A DNA stretch of 64,000 nt from Leptogorgia sarmentosa (Eukaryota): positions 13,578,001 to 13,642,000 of the forward strand of contig OZ210885.1 in assembly GCA_964658305.1 (NCBI GenBank). Direction: 5' to 3'. The position numbers and the translations under genes were made by a program. This document shows, piece by piece, positions 1-12,500 of this stretch (position 1 is the stretch's first letter; each line of letters opens with the position of its first letter). The notes under the pieces were generated by a model. The model ran no database searches and was not told the origin of the DNA. It worked only from the letters and a program-made list of their open reading frames with translations.

Positions 1-414
1 GCATAATTAGATATTTGCATTAATTACCGATGCAAATTGCAAGCTAATTCCCGAAGGTCCGTAATTACGCGAAGAAATTGCGGAAAATCCAGTTTTCGGA
101 CATCGCACGTTCGTCTCAGCGTGCACCAAATTTCTCAAAACTTGAATAGCTTGTATATCATACTCCATATTTTCATCCGATTAAATCAAATTGTGTGAAG
201 AAAACTTATTTTTTCCGCGCAAGCCGTTTTTAATTGGCCTTTCAGTAACCACATTCCCCATTCTAAAAAGGTTTGTTTTTAAAATAAACTTAGTGCTAGA
301 TATACCAGAGAATGTTAAACTACCCACGCTAACCGAAAGATTTTGGAAATTTTGAGCGCTCGTTATAGTTTAAAGAATGTTTTTCATCAGTAAACTTTTT
401 TTTGATACACCCTG
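1..414. mobile_element. Right end of a Tc1/mariner-type MITE
   Basis: Ends TTTTTTGATACACCCTG-TA, resembling the TIR of the 24381-24966 MITE. Confidence 0.55.
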
Positions 415-517
415 TATAGATCTCATTTTGCGCCGATGTACATTTCAATGGTTTCAAGTCAATAAATTTTCCTTGTATTGCAATTTATATATATGAATAT
501 TGTTTATATATATATTT

Positions 518-1105
518 AACAGTTATTCTGCGAACTCGAGTCGTATACGCGCTGATAGTCGACGAGGCGCGTAGCGCCGAGTCGACTATCAGTCATATAC
601 GACGAGAGTGAGCAGAATAACTGTTTTATTATGTACACAAGCACTGGACAAAAACAACTTCCAAATTTATTTGTATTTTAGTTAATAACTGAATATAATT
701 TCAAAGTGTTCTATCGCTTTGAAATCGACATATTTACAAATTTAAACAGTTTTACTTGATAAATACACGCCAAAAAGCACGGAAAACACAACAGTTACGG
801 AATTAAAATAGTCGACGTTTCGTTTAAACTTTAGCTAGTTTTAAATTTCAGCAGTTTTCATCTGTATTTTTCTGCATTTGAAAGTACAACACAAATTTTA
901 CCGTTGTAAAATGTCAACAAACAACAACTAGCGATCCAACTCAGTCAAGCGATGAATTTTACAGCGTCGAGTCCGGTTTTCCAGATTCAAAACTGCACAA
1001 TAAACATTTACAACTAAACCTCTTGAATTTTATTCTTTTAATCGGTCGCAAAACGGTAGAGAACCAATCAGATTGCAGAATAGCTCATATCCAGCGCTTG
1101 CGTAT
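518..1105. mobile_element. Hairpin-ended non-autonomous element
   Basis: Imperfect palindrome AACAGTTATTCTGC...GCAGAATAACTGTT (518-626) with GGCGC-GTA-GCGCC apex; CCAATCAG motif near the far end; extent approximate. Confidence 0.55.
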
Positions 1106-1135
1106 ATAATAAATATATATATATATATATATATA

Positions 1136-1181
1136 ACTACAGACGGAACCGTTTCGTCCTTTTGGGACTCATCAGTGTAGT
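1136..1181 (-). ncRNA. Type I hammerhead ribozyme
   Basis: Minus strand ACTACA-CTGATGA-GTCC-CAAAA-GGAC-GAA-ACGG-TT-CCGT-C-TGTAGT: complete core, three paired helices, GUC cleavage triplet. Confidence 0.88.
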
Positions 1182-1283
1182 GCAGATAAGTTTCAGGAAC
1201 AAACACGGCTCATTATGAGTCGTGTCCGATGCCTCACAGATTGTGGGACACCGAAACTCTGCCAGAGTGCTCAAACTGCGCAC
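1136..1283 (-). mobile_element. About 150-nt hammerhead-ended retrozyme or Penelope-terminal fragment inserted in a (TA)n tract
   Basis: (TA)n on both sides (about 1104-1135 and 1284-1295); the insert ends in the hammerhead. Confidence 0.6.
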
Positions 1284-1838
1284 ATATATATATATTTAGA
1301 TTTTTATTTTATATTTTTACGCTGAATAAAAAGAGTGTATTTTTGTCCTTGTTGGGTGCGTAAAACCAGAGATATATACGGGAGCCAATTGTAGTCATAG
1401 GACGAATTCGACCTAAATTAATATGGTGTTGGAGAGAAAGAGTACTTTTCGTAAGAAATTGAGTGGGAGTCAATCTATAAAATGTATTAACGATTGTGCT
1501 GCACGAAACTGAGGAAATGCTTCTGAATTTCACATATTAATTCGCTATACGAAGCACAAGTTGAATACATACAGTAAATAATTAACTCACTCTGATGACT
1601 GCGTCGCTATTTAGAGTTGACTCCCACTCAAATATAGAACGTTACCGTGAAACCCATGAATTGAAACGATATGCATTAATCTGCTTCATAAACGTTCTTG
1701 TATTAAAATGTGAAGCCAAATTTGTTAGTAAGCAGCGTTGTAGCTAATGTGCACAGTGGGGTAACTACAGCATTTGCATGTCATTTAGACAAAAGAGAAG
1801 CACATTAGAATGATTAGGATATCAATAACACCGAAAGA

Positions 1839-3244
1839 TAGGCCGTCAGCCACTCACGAGAATGAAGCTGGAAAGCAAGTTTCGTTTCCCCCCCACGGAG
1901 ACCATATTTTGATTTCATTATATGTTGAGTGGATCCATTTCCATGGTAAAACACCAATGTTGTACTTCGGCAAACATGCAAGTCTCGAGAAAATTGCTTT
2001 TATCTATGTATGACGTCATCCATAGATGAGAAAACTAAAAATTTTGGAAATTCAAAAATTTGACAATACTGCCAGATAGAGCATCACATATGTTCAAAAA
2101 AACTATATTACGATAATCACGTACGGTCAATTGCTGTTGAAATATTGCCGATCAAAGTTTTGGGAAAATGCTTAGTAAGCATTTTTAGTCAATGTTTGAT
2201 CTGCAAATAGTTAACTGTAGCAACTTTATTTTTCGGACAGGAAATCTCCTGTAGAGAGACTGTTTCTTCGGGAGAGACGTAAAATGTTTCTGTCGTAATA
2301 GTACCTTCAATTGAGCGTTCCAGTATGCGTATCAAAGGAAGGCAGATTTATGCCTCAACGAAATTAAGCGCAGTGTCGACGTCAAGCGATTGTTTTCATA
2401 AACATGTTAATTAACATCCATCAAAAGTTTGTCCAAAATAAAGATCAAATTAGTAAGGTTTTTATCTTCTTAGTAGTTTTTTTAGTGTTTCGAAAATTTA
2501 GTTTTAATCTTATTATATTCGCAGTTTGCTGATACCATTCTGAAAGAAATCTATGTAATTTCTTCAGGCACAAAGTTTTCAATTCAGATACAATGCTAAA
2601 TTACACGCAATATTAGCCGAACACTTGTGTATTAAAGAAAGGTAAAATTATGTAAATCATTTATATGAAAGATTGAAACACAATAATTTAACAAATTATT
2701 TCTTATCCGTGCAAACGATTTGATTATGTCTTATTGACTTAATTATGATTTATGCCTTATGATTTGATTATGTCTTATGTCAATCATTCGATGTCAATAT
2801 CGTCCTCCTAGTAAAAATCATCGTCATCTTGTCTTCTTTCTTGCAACCACATCGTTTAGTCTTACAACCGGTTTTGCATGCACTAGCAGCAAATTGCTGT
2901 AATCTTAGGATTTATCAGAAATAACGTATTATCCCTCTTATTCCCTTCTTGACAACAAAATTCATTGCCATTTCCTTGCAAATTTCCTTAATTCCAATAG
3001 AAGCACTGCTTCGTGGTATGCGCGAGGGCACACGCAGCTCGGAAATGCGTGAAAAAATGGCGACGATACAATGTGAAAATGATCAAATTTCAAAGCAAAT
3101 TTTTGGCAAAACTGCAGGTGTTATCGATTACAACATTTTGTTATTCGACCTTATAAGCTTTTAGGCAAAATTTGCACTCGTCAAATTGTTGTCTCTGCAT
3201 GGGGTAAACGAAAAGTCAAAATCTGGTGAGTGGCTGACAGCCTA
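1839..3244. mobile_element. Non-autonomous TIR element with TAG...CTA ends and AGA flanks (Academ-like, tentative)
   Basis: TAGGCCGTCAGCCACTCAC / GTGAGTGGCTGACAGCCTA; it interrupts the outer left arm, whose mirror arm has no TA at this site. Confidence 0.7.
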
Positions 3245-3714
3245 AGAAGAACAATAGCGCGATATGAACATCACCTGTGCACATCATTATATATTCCGTA
3301 AAGTGAAAATCAATTAGACGAAACACAGAACAATTGCATGAACTAAGTAATCATTAACATTTTCACAACAGCAATAGCAAAAAATCAAAACACATTAGAC
3401 CACAACAAATAGTCATTAATATAGAGGCAAAAAATGTGGGCCCGTTGGACTCTTCTGTGTTATGATATGCATACATAATTAACCATGAACATATAAAAGG
3501 ACAGTTGAAACAACGTTAATTACATTCGAACTGAAGACAACAGCAGCAAGTGGAATGGCAGAGTGAGTGAGAAATCGAACTGGACAAGAAAACAAGGAAA
3601 GATCGGTACGTGCTTTCGAAGCAGCGGAAGAAGACTATATACTTAGCGATAGGGCTACAGCGATAAAGCATATTAAATAGCATTTTCGCTGTTGTGTGAA
3701 CTGGCAAACATTAA

Positions 3715-4093
3715 TGCCCCTATTACACTATACCGGATCGCATCGGATCGGAGCGATTTTTATACTGGATTGCACTGTTGTTTACACTACGCCACTGTAA
3801 TCCGGTACGTGCCGCAGAGCAAAAATCACTCCGCTTCGTTCGTGATACGAAAAGTAATCCGGTATGTGCCGTACCAAAATGATTGCCTTACAAAATATTT
3901 TGTATGTATGTATTGACTGCTGCAAGCGTGCTGCAAATAATGTGGTGTTTGTATGCCCTAAATATCCAACATTATACGATACGAAGACGTCTTCGACAGC
4001 GGAGCGGCGTATAGTGTAATCGCTGCCTTTTCTTTCATCCGTGTCAAAATTGATCCGGAACGAAAAGTAATCCGGTATAGTGTAATAGGGGCC
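3715..4093. mobile_element. PIF/Harbinger-type MITE
   Basis: TIR GCCCCTATTACACTATACCGGAT with TAA on both sides. Confidence 0.85.
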
Positions 4094-6339
4094 TAAATCT
4101 ATATTTGTTAGAACGCGACCTCTGACTTTATACGCCTTTATATTAAGGATTGATTGTTGTGGTCTAATGTCTTTTGATTTTTTGCTGTTGCTGTTGTGAA
4201 AATGTTAATGATTACTTAATGATTACTTAACTTTAACCCTAACCCTAACCATGCAATTGTTCTTTGTTTCGTCTAATTGATTTTCACTTTACGGAATATA
4301 TAATAATGCGTTGTCATAGAACTTACTTACTAGCACAAATGATGTTCATCACGCGCTATTGTCCTTTCGGTGTTATTGATATCCCAATCATTCTAATGTG
4401 CTTCTCTTTTGTCTAAATGACATGCAAATGCTGTACTAGGGGCCCAACCTGGCCGGGGCCCTGGGAAGAGGTTTCTTAAGGGCTGTGGCTAATGTGAAAT
4501 TCAAATAATTTTTATTGAAACTGAAGATGCAAAAACGTTCGAATTTAACAAAACGTTTGATATAATTCAGTAGCTGAAACAATTTTGTTGCCTTTAAAAT
4601 TGTGCTTGGACGTTGACAGCAGTTGTACTGGGGTAATCTACTGACAGTATATTAATTGGTGTATTATTACAGTCGAACTTTTACTGTTGTCATTGTTTCT
4701 GCTTTTTTTACGGAACGTTTTTGCCTTTTGGTATAATTGATGCAGTAGAGATGTTAAATAGCTATAATATGTTCTATAAGAAATAACAGAAATCAAATGC
4801 AAATAATATGCAGAATTCAGGAGAATATGTAAGAAACATTCATATTAATGGCTGGGAACTTCCGGTCACGAGACTGAGTGACGTGACCTAATTCGTTTTT
4901 GGGATAAAAATAGGAATGAACGGTTTGGGAGTGGTTGTAACTAGTGGTCCGTGTGTGTGTAAAATAAATATAGTTGAGTTGTTCAAATTAGTGTGGTTTA
5001 ATGCGAGAGAATACGACGAATTATTACAGAATATTTCATAGTAAAAATGTGAAGCTAAGAGGTATAATAAAGAGGCCATCCACAACAGTTCAACCGAGGA
5101 CCGACACTGAAGATTTACGCCAGTGAATTTGTAACGTAAAACAAACATTTTGGGATCGTTCTTTCAAGTATTTTTATTTGAAGAAAAAATATTTTAATTT
5201 AATGGAAGATATTCCAATATTGAATTTGGTACCGGCGGGGTAACATATTTCCGAAAGTATGATCATTTGCGGAGTTATTTGACAAACATAATACATATGA
5301 AAAAGATTTAATTTTTTCTCCAATGGCATCGTTGCTGGCGTTCCTTCAGAACCGTTAAATCCATACACGTAAGCAAAATCGTATTTCGAAACTCGCGCAT
5401 TTTAATCCCCGAGCCACGGCGCGAAGCGCCGTTCGGGCGTTAGCCCGGGGCGAGGGTAACAATTCCGCATAGCGAGTCCAAAGTTGCTCGATTTGGCGGC
5501 CATTTTGGGTTATGGGTGTAAGGGTGGGCATCACTGATCTCAAAATTACGGTGGACTATCATGAAGAGCCGAAGCTTTTTAAAGCTTTTGGGCCATTGGA
5601 AAGGCGAAAACAAAGACAAGACCTACGCTGTAAGACTTGGAAACCCTTCTCAAAGATATAAAACGCTGAGAAAGGGGAACAAACGACTACGGATTGAAAC
5701 ACAAGATAAGTTCGTCAATATGTTGCCGGCAGTGAACTTTTGTTTTGCGTATTTACTATCTACAGTCTACTATTTGTATGAAAGGTCGCCGTAGCCGCAT
5801 TTAATCTATTCACGGCTCAACTCCAGAGTATAACTTTATCATTTTAAAGGCAGGACTTCACAAAATATTTACAAACTTTACCCCAAAAGAACACGAGCGA
5901 ACATTGGCTGGAAATTGTTTCATATCAAAGACTGACTTAATTAAACCGTTTTATGCAAATAAATGTAGTATTTCGCACCAAATTCAAGTTTATATTAGTC
6001 CTAATAACGTACGGATAACAAATGGTTCCGAAATTTAAAAAAAATGCCAATAAAACAAAGATAAAAGCTGATATTTTGACTGTTTTCAAAAAATTACAGA
6101 AATATGAATTACCGATCGTGTTGCCATGACAACAACCTCAGGCAGCTTTTGAAGTACTTCATGTTCCAAAAATATAGTTGCATAAATTGGTTAGTAAGGC
6201 GAGGGGTTGCTGCATGTATGTATTTCTAGTCTAACTTTTAAGCAGAGCGGAAGTCGAGAAAACGTTTATGCAGATTTTCGTTTACCTATTCTGAGCAACA
6301 TTTTGATATCTTTGTTTGACTTGTGTTTAAGATGCTTAC

Positions 6340-6558
6340 CATCGTCTGTTCCAACAAACACTCGCTGATCATCTGCACTGAAATCCAGAGCATTAACGTC
6401 ACACTTCCCTTGGAACACAAAAAGCTGTTCATAACTGTCCATTCTCCAAAGGATTGTACTTCCGTCCCACGACCCTGACGCTAGTATTGTTCCACTTTGT
6501 GACACAGCCAAACAGCAAACGTTGCTAGAATGTCCCAGTAGTTGTTGAACTTCCCTAC
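6340..6558 (-). CDS. Gene A exon 8: WD40 repeats
   Basis: LLGHSSNVCCLAVSQSGTILASGSWDGSTILW...VNALDFSADDQRVFVGTDD; aacag acceptor, GATG|gtaagc donor. Confidence 0.9.
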
Positions 6559-9500
6559 CTGTTTATAAAATAAGATAGCACGTATATAAAAGGGTGTAAT
6601 AGATCATTTTCACTCATATCACTTCTACACTGGGAGTATTGTTCAAAACATTGCGGCGATAAAATAAATGATTGAGACAAGTAACTACAATAACTAACCT
6701 ATCAGCTACATTCTGCTTACACCGCTAACTTTCATTTTTACTATTACGTCCCTATAGCAACTTAAACAGCGATGTAAGCGATAGACAAACACCGAAACGA
6801 TTTTTAATACTAAAAACAAAATAACTGTAATTTTGCGGAATTTACTGCATGTGGCGTGTTTCACAGCCGTGTGTTTTCATTCGTTACTTCTTGGGATTTC
6901 TTAAACGTAGCTATGCCCTCGTGCATCTTTGTTGTGAAAGTCCATAGATATAGGTATCGAGCCAACTTGAACGCTTGGGTAAGACTCGCTACCGGTCCCT
7001 GTTGGCTCGATAACTAAAGTGCTAGAGAGCGGTCAAGTAACCTATACACGTAGTCTGTTGCTGTTCAAATGTAACAAATTAGATATTCGTTTATTAAATC
7101 GTAAATTTCACTAACCACATACTATTAATATGGGTTTAATTGTAAAACAGCCACATGCACATATGGCTGTTTTCCAATACCGAACAGTTTACTGAAATTT
7201 ATAATATATTTACTACTATTTAGATAAAATTTAGTGGCTGATGTTGGTGGTAGAACAGAAAGTAGATAATTGGAAAGCATGCATGAGGCCATAAACAGGA
7301 AATGTTCTATATACAGTGAATACCAATGATTGCGCAGGAATGTTGTCCTACTTGTATTTTTAATTACTGAACTTTCACATTTTAAAATTGGCAGATATCA
7401 TTTATGCACACGATTTCTTAATAATTGTATGTTTTATTGTTTAGAAGAAATATATGTCACTCTGTCCAAATTCGTTTTTATAGTTTGAATAATATGTTGC
7501 AGACAAAAGCATTCCGTCCAGCCATTTGTGAGATTTTTTTATTTTTTACCCAGTACACATTGATCCTGTTCAAGAAATGACTGAATTAATTTTTATCCCA
7601 GCGTAAATCTGGATGAACATGTCTCTTCAAGTATCTAATCCAAATTTCAAATATCATATGACGACGACTACCGTACATGATTGGCTAATTTTTTAATGAA
7701 TTATCAATTACTTTGAGTGTAAACCTTGTTCCCTCACCCATATCAACTGCATATTAGCTTTATTCTCATTTCAATGAATAACTAAGATCAAAGCTTTTGT
7801 TTAGCTAAAAAGGCATGTATGAATATGTTTTAAATAGAGTCACAGTATATACGCTACAAATATTCAATTTGTCTGCTTCCAAAACTGAAACTTTTCTCAA
7901 AAACAGGGGCAGTGGGCTATACAGGTCTAAAAAATTTGGATAATTATCCGTGTAACGAAATGAGATTTGGATGGCGTAATATTATTAATAATTACTTATT
8001 TGCGCGAAATATGACGTGTGTATACAGTGGTTTATTTTACACTGCACCATTGTTTCAGCTGAACCTGTGTAGCTGTTTCTTGAAAAAATTCCAACATCTA
8101 TTTCAAGCATAAAAAGGTCAGCACTCATTTTCAAGCTGAAATTTAGACCCCGTCGTCGAGTTTGTGGCGTTGTAGATCTTGAGGTCCCTACTATCAATTG
8201 TTGGACGACGTCGCACGAAATATCGCGAGTTATCGTTGGCGAGCGGATCAATTATTTGCCGATTCCGAAAAGAGAAGCAGGCAAGTAATCTGAGAACAAC
8301 CGATATATAACTGAAGCAAAGCATAGCCACATTACCTAGAGTGATGCGAAGCATAATGGGACGAGCCCTGAGGCCAGTGGCCAGTGAGCTCCATGAGATC
8401 ATAGCGCCGTAAATTTCCGATGTAATCAACTACTGTACATGTGACAGCAGGTAAGTCAAACATGTTCTTTATTAAACTTTTTATTTATATTTTGTTCATT
8501 ATCAGCGCTAACAAAAAGAATTGAAGCTGAAGGCTAGTACAACGTTTCTTGACAAGGAGTGATTTTGCACTGCAAAGTTTTGTTAATTAATAACGTCACC
8601 CGAGTGGCATTGCGAAATTGAGAGCGATTTCAAATTTGCTCAGTTTTTTATTCACGTATATCGCGCAGCCGCTCGACTTGCATAACTCAGAACTGATGAT
8701 TCTTACAAATGTGAGTGAGGATATGGTTCCACATATAATTACAATTACAAGCAGAGGCGGCATTGAATCTGTGTTTTATCCCTTTTCCGGACTGACGATC
8801 GGTCAAAAGAAAAAAAACTATTGAAAAACCCAAACCTTGCCATTAGTTTTATCCACAGTACGTTACCACACGGTTACCTACCTGTATCAAGATCAAAGAT
8901 TGTGATTGAACCATTCAATAAACCACAAATTACAAGAGTAGCAGATGAAGTACTAGACGTCGCTAATGACCATACCCTTGAATCAAACGTTTTTCCAAAG
9001 ATCTCAGGGCCGCCAAGATCTAAACATGAGAATTCCGGTATAAGACGGCAAGTCTCCGTGCATGTTGCACGGAGTTGCTCTAATAGCGTCTTTATCCCCG
9101 GATACTCTTCATAAGATAGCAGTCTGCCTGGCATGGAAAACAAAAATACACAACAGTATTAGCGCACGTAACATATTCAGAAAATTTAAAATAGCATTTA
9201 AAGATGAAGACAATTTTTGACCGGGAAAAAAATAAAACTGGACAACTATCTGATTATACTATATATATCTGTTTCTTGATTATTAACATAATAGGTTCTT
9301 AAAATTCATCATATGAGTTCTTTTCTAATTTCTAAAGGAAGTTTTTCATTGTTTTAACAAAATTTTCGTTTCCCTTCAGTGACTTTCATATAAAGGGGGA
9401 TAAGTAATATCAAAGTTTAAAACTGAGACACTGAAAAAAACGATTTTGAAAGCTTTGCAATTGTTGAAAATGATGTTGTATTCTGTTTTATATTGTGACA

Positions 9501-12500
9501 GTAAAAAGATATTAAGTAATTTATTTTATGATAATGGAACGAGTTTTTATGAAATGATTTATTTCCGCATAATGTTACACTGACAAGGGTTAATTCTGCT
9601 ATATACCAGGCCAGTAGTTGTCATGCTTAGTTGCTAGTTACAATTATTGACATCAGAACCAACGATTAACAGAGTATAGTATGCATGTGTTCTTGATTGA
9701 GTAACAATGTTCTTTACGACGGGAAGGATATGCAACATGTGCGGTTATGCATAAAGGCCATAAATATCGACTTCAGCTCTGCATGGGAAGAATAATCTTT
9801 ATTTCTTTGGTCGTGTCTTCAAAAATCCAGAATAAGCCGTGGATATGTGGAGAAACTCCAACTGGATGACTTGGGCTTTTAATAAAGTTGTGAATGAATA
9901 AAAATCGTACCATGCAATATGTCAAAAATTTCTTGCATATGTGACTGGATCTTTCTGTATCAGTTCAGATGTCTTCTGCCATGTCATTTGTTTTAATTTC
10001 GTCGTTAGTAGAATCTTTATTGTCTGTAAGACGACCAAGAATTTTGGTCAAACGAATCCATTGTGTTTCAGCTGCTGGAATTGAACAGAACCACGTATAG
10101 GATTACCAAGCTGACGAATCATGGCAAATAGATCTTTTTTACACCTTTCAAAGTATGGAGGTGATCCGCGTAAATTTCTTAAAACTCCAAATCCTTCATC
10201 CAAATTTATTAACTTGTTGACACAACTTTCTGATTTTAAAATTTTAACTTTGGTTTAACAGTTACGCAATGATAACTTGCACTTCCTTAAATTTACCCGA
10301 TCTGTAATTTCTTTAGCTCGTTAAAAATGTTTGGGACAGACTGCGCGAGTCTTCTATCTTTGCTTCGCAATTCCCATTTAAAAAAAAGTGCTATAACGAA
10401 CAGGCATTCCTTCTCCTGGTGCAAAACTTATTATTCTGTCGCCATCTTGGATAATGTCGGTTTCTTGTAATAAATGTATCCATAAGATCTGATGACCGTT
10501 CAGTCGCTGCACACCACTCATCATCTGTACCATTATCAATCAAGTCATTACTTTCATTTCCTCAACTACTTCTTGACTGTGAGCGTTCAGATTTTCTCAA
10601 GTCTCTATTCCATCCTTGGAAATAATTTCTGACCACTCCTCTTCATTATTATCCACTTGATTTGATACATAACTGTCCATTACTTGTATTCCTTCGTTTT
10701 TAAATAATTCACTGGTACGAACGAAGAATTGACTGAGCTGCTTCTGAAATTTTACTAATAGCATTCTGAAATTGGTAATGGTGCAAATACTAATACCTTT
10801 TAAGACGTGAGGTTGGGCGTGGTTAAAACGTGAGACGTACTCAATACTTCATATAAGCTTTCATGACTATGGCGCATTCCGGAATCCGCGCGATCGTATC
10901 AAATTGCATAAGGAGTTGAAACTTGACGACATATGATATCGCATGTCATTGGGTCTTTAAAATAGAGACAGCGCTTTGCGATTGTTTGAGAAAAATGTGG
11001 CTCTCTAAAAACCAAATTTACTCTTTTCAAAACCATATTATAATAATATATTTATATACACTATGTTCTGTCCATTCATGCAGCATTTGCCTGGACGCTG
11101 AAGTGTATGATCGGTATGTGTGTAGGTTCAAAACAGAATATTTTAAACTATATACGATTTCGTTTGTTTTGTCTCGCGCTTAATAAACGCACAAATCCAT
11201 TTTATTACATGCTACAAAATCTATTTTCCTGGGATTGAGAGTTTCAACCATTCTGGGCGGCAAATTGATACAATTGTCGTGAAAAGGATATCAATTTTGT
11301 GTGCGTAATACAAAAATAGGTTCGCAAAGCGCACATGTATCTGCGAATGGTGAAGCAGAACTGACGGATGAGTTGTCGGAAAGCGCAATCGGATATGCTA
11401 AAAAGTCCAGGTTGCGCTTAAATCTATCACTAAAGTATTGGTTTGCAAGCAATAATGAACCTAAACTAAAGCTAACCCTAAATATGAAACTAATCCAACA
11501 TCAAAGCCTAACGCACAAAACATTTAAACCTAGAACTATACTCAGACAGATTTCCTAAATCAGCATGCTGTCTTATTAAATATGCGATGTTTAGTTAGTG
11601 TTGACTGTTCTCATATACAGCATTTCTCACCTTCCTCCTTCGACTCTTTCGTGAAAAATACGAGGAAATTCCTTGGGAAAAAACTTTCTTTGTGCCTCCA
11701 ATATGCATAAAACTATGGCTTTATACTGAATATCGTGGGATTACCTAATATTACATGTAAATGTAATTAAATTATTTAATTACATCGTTTTGGCCTTATT
11801 TCAATTTTGACCGCCATCTTGAATATGATTAGATTTAACCTGCGAACAGGCTACTTCAACAGAATGTATCCAGTTTTTATATAGCGTGCTGTGACAAAAC
11901 CGTTCATTGGTCGGCCATCTGGACAGTGTGCTCTGTACGCATTTTCAATTTACAAATCGAAAGGCCGATAAAACAGCACGCTGCCGTTTCAAATCCTTTG
12001 TTAAATTACAACTGCACATTGACACGGACCTGCAAAGTCAAGATTGTTTGCTTAAACCGTCGTACTTAAACACTGCACTTCACATTTTCGCAAAAATCCG
12101 ATCGAACATCGCCTTCACTCCTCGAACGCCGCCATCTTGCATTACGTAATTATAAGCAAAAGCTCGTCGCTGATTGGCTAGAAGCTAACAGCTAACAGCT
12201 AACAGGGTCATAGCATAGTATCTGCGTTCGCAGATACAAAAATATACAAATTTTGAAAACTTCACAGGGGTATATTCCTCGCATTTTATACCATTTCGCA
12301 ACCAAACTCTGCAATCTTACTAACTTTGAAATGCTCTTTAACGCTGTTATTTTGAATTGTATATTATTTCGAGGTTTTTGAAAATTTTCTCTATTATGTA
12401 AGCGGTCCATTGACGGCCTTTTTACAATGCCAGGAAGCATAAAACATCGCTTCGCAAAACAAAAGTAGAAAGACTGTTAAAGTTCTGTGAATTCGTAAAG

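Larger units (their letters stand above)
1768..4433. mobile_element. Outer foldback/TIR element (CAG...CTG, TA-flanked) hosting two nested insertions
   Basis: Left arm 1768-1838 plus 3245-3430 is the reverse complement of right arm about 4130-4433. Confidence 0.8.

Noticed and set aside
4231..4250. TAACCC repeats here and near 11460, 30260 and 31520 as interstitial telomeres
   Set aside because: Only two or three degenerate units each, and at least two sit inside small mobile elements.
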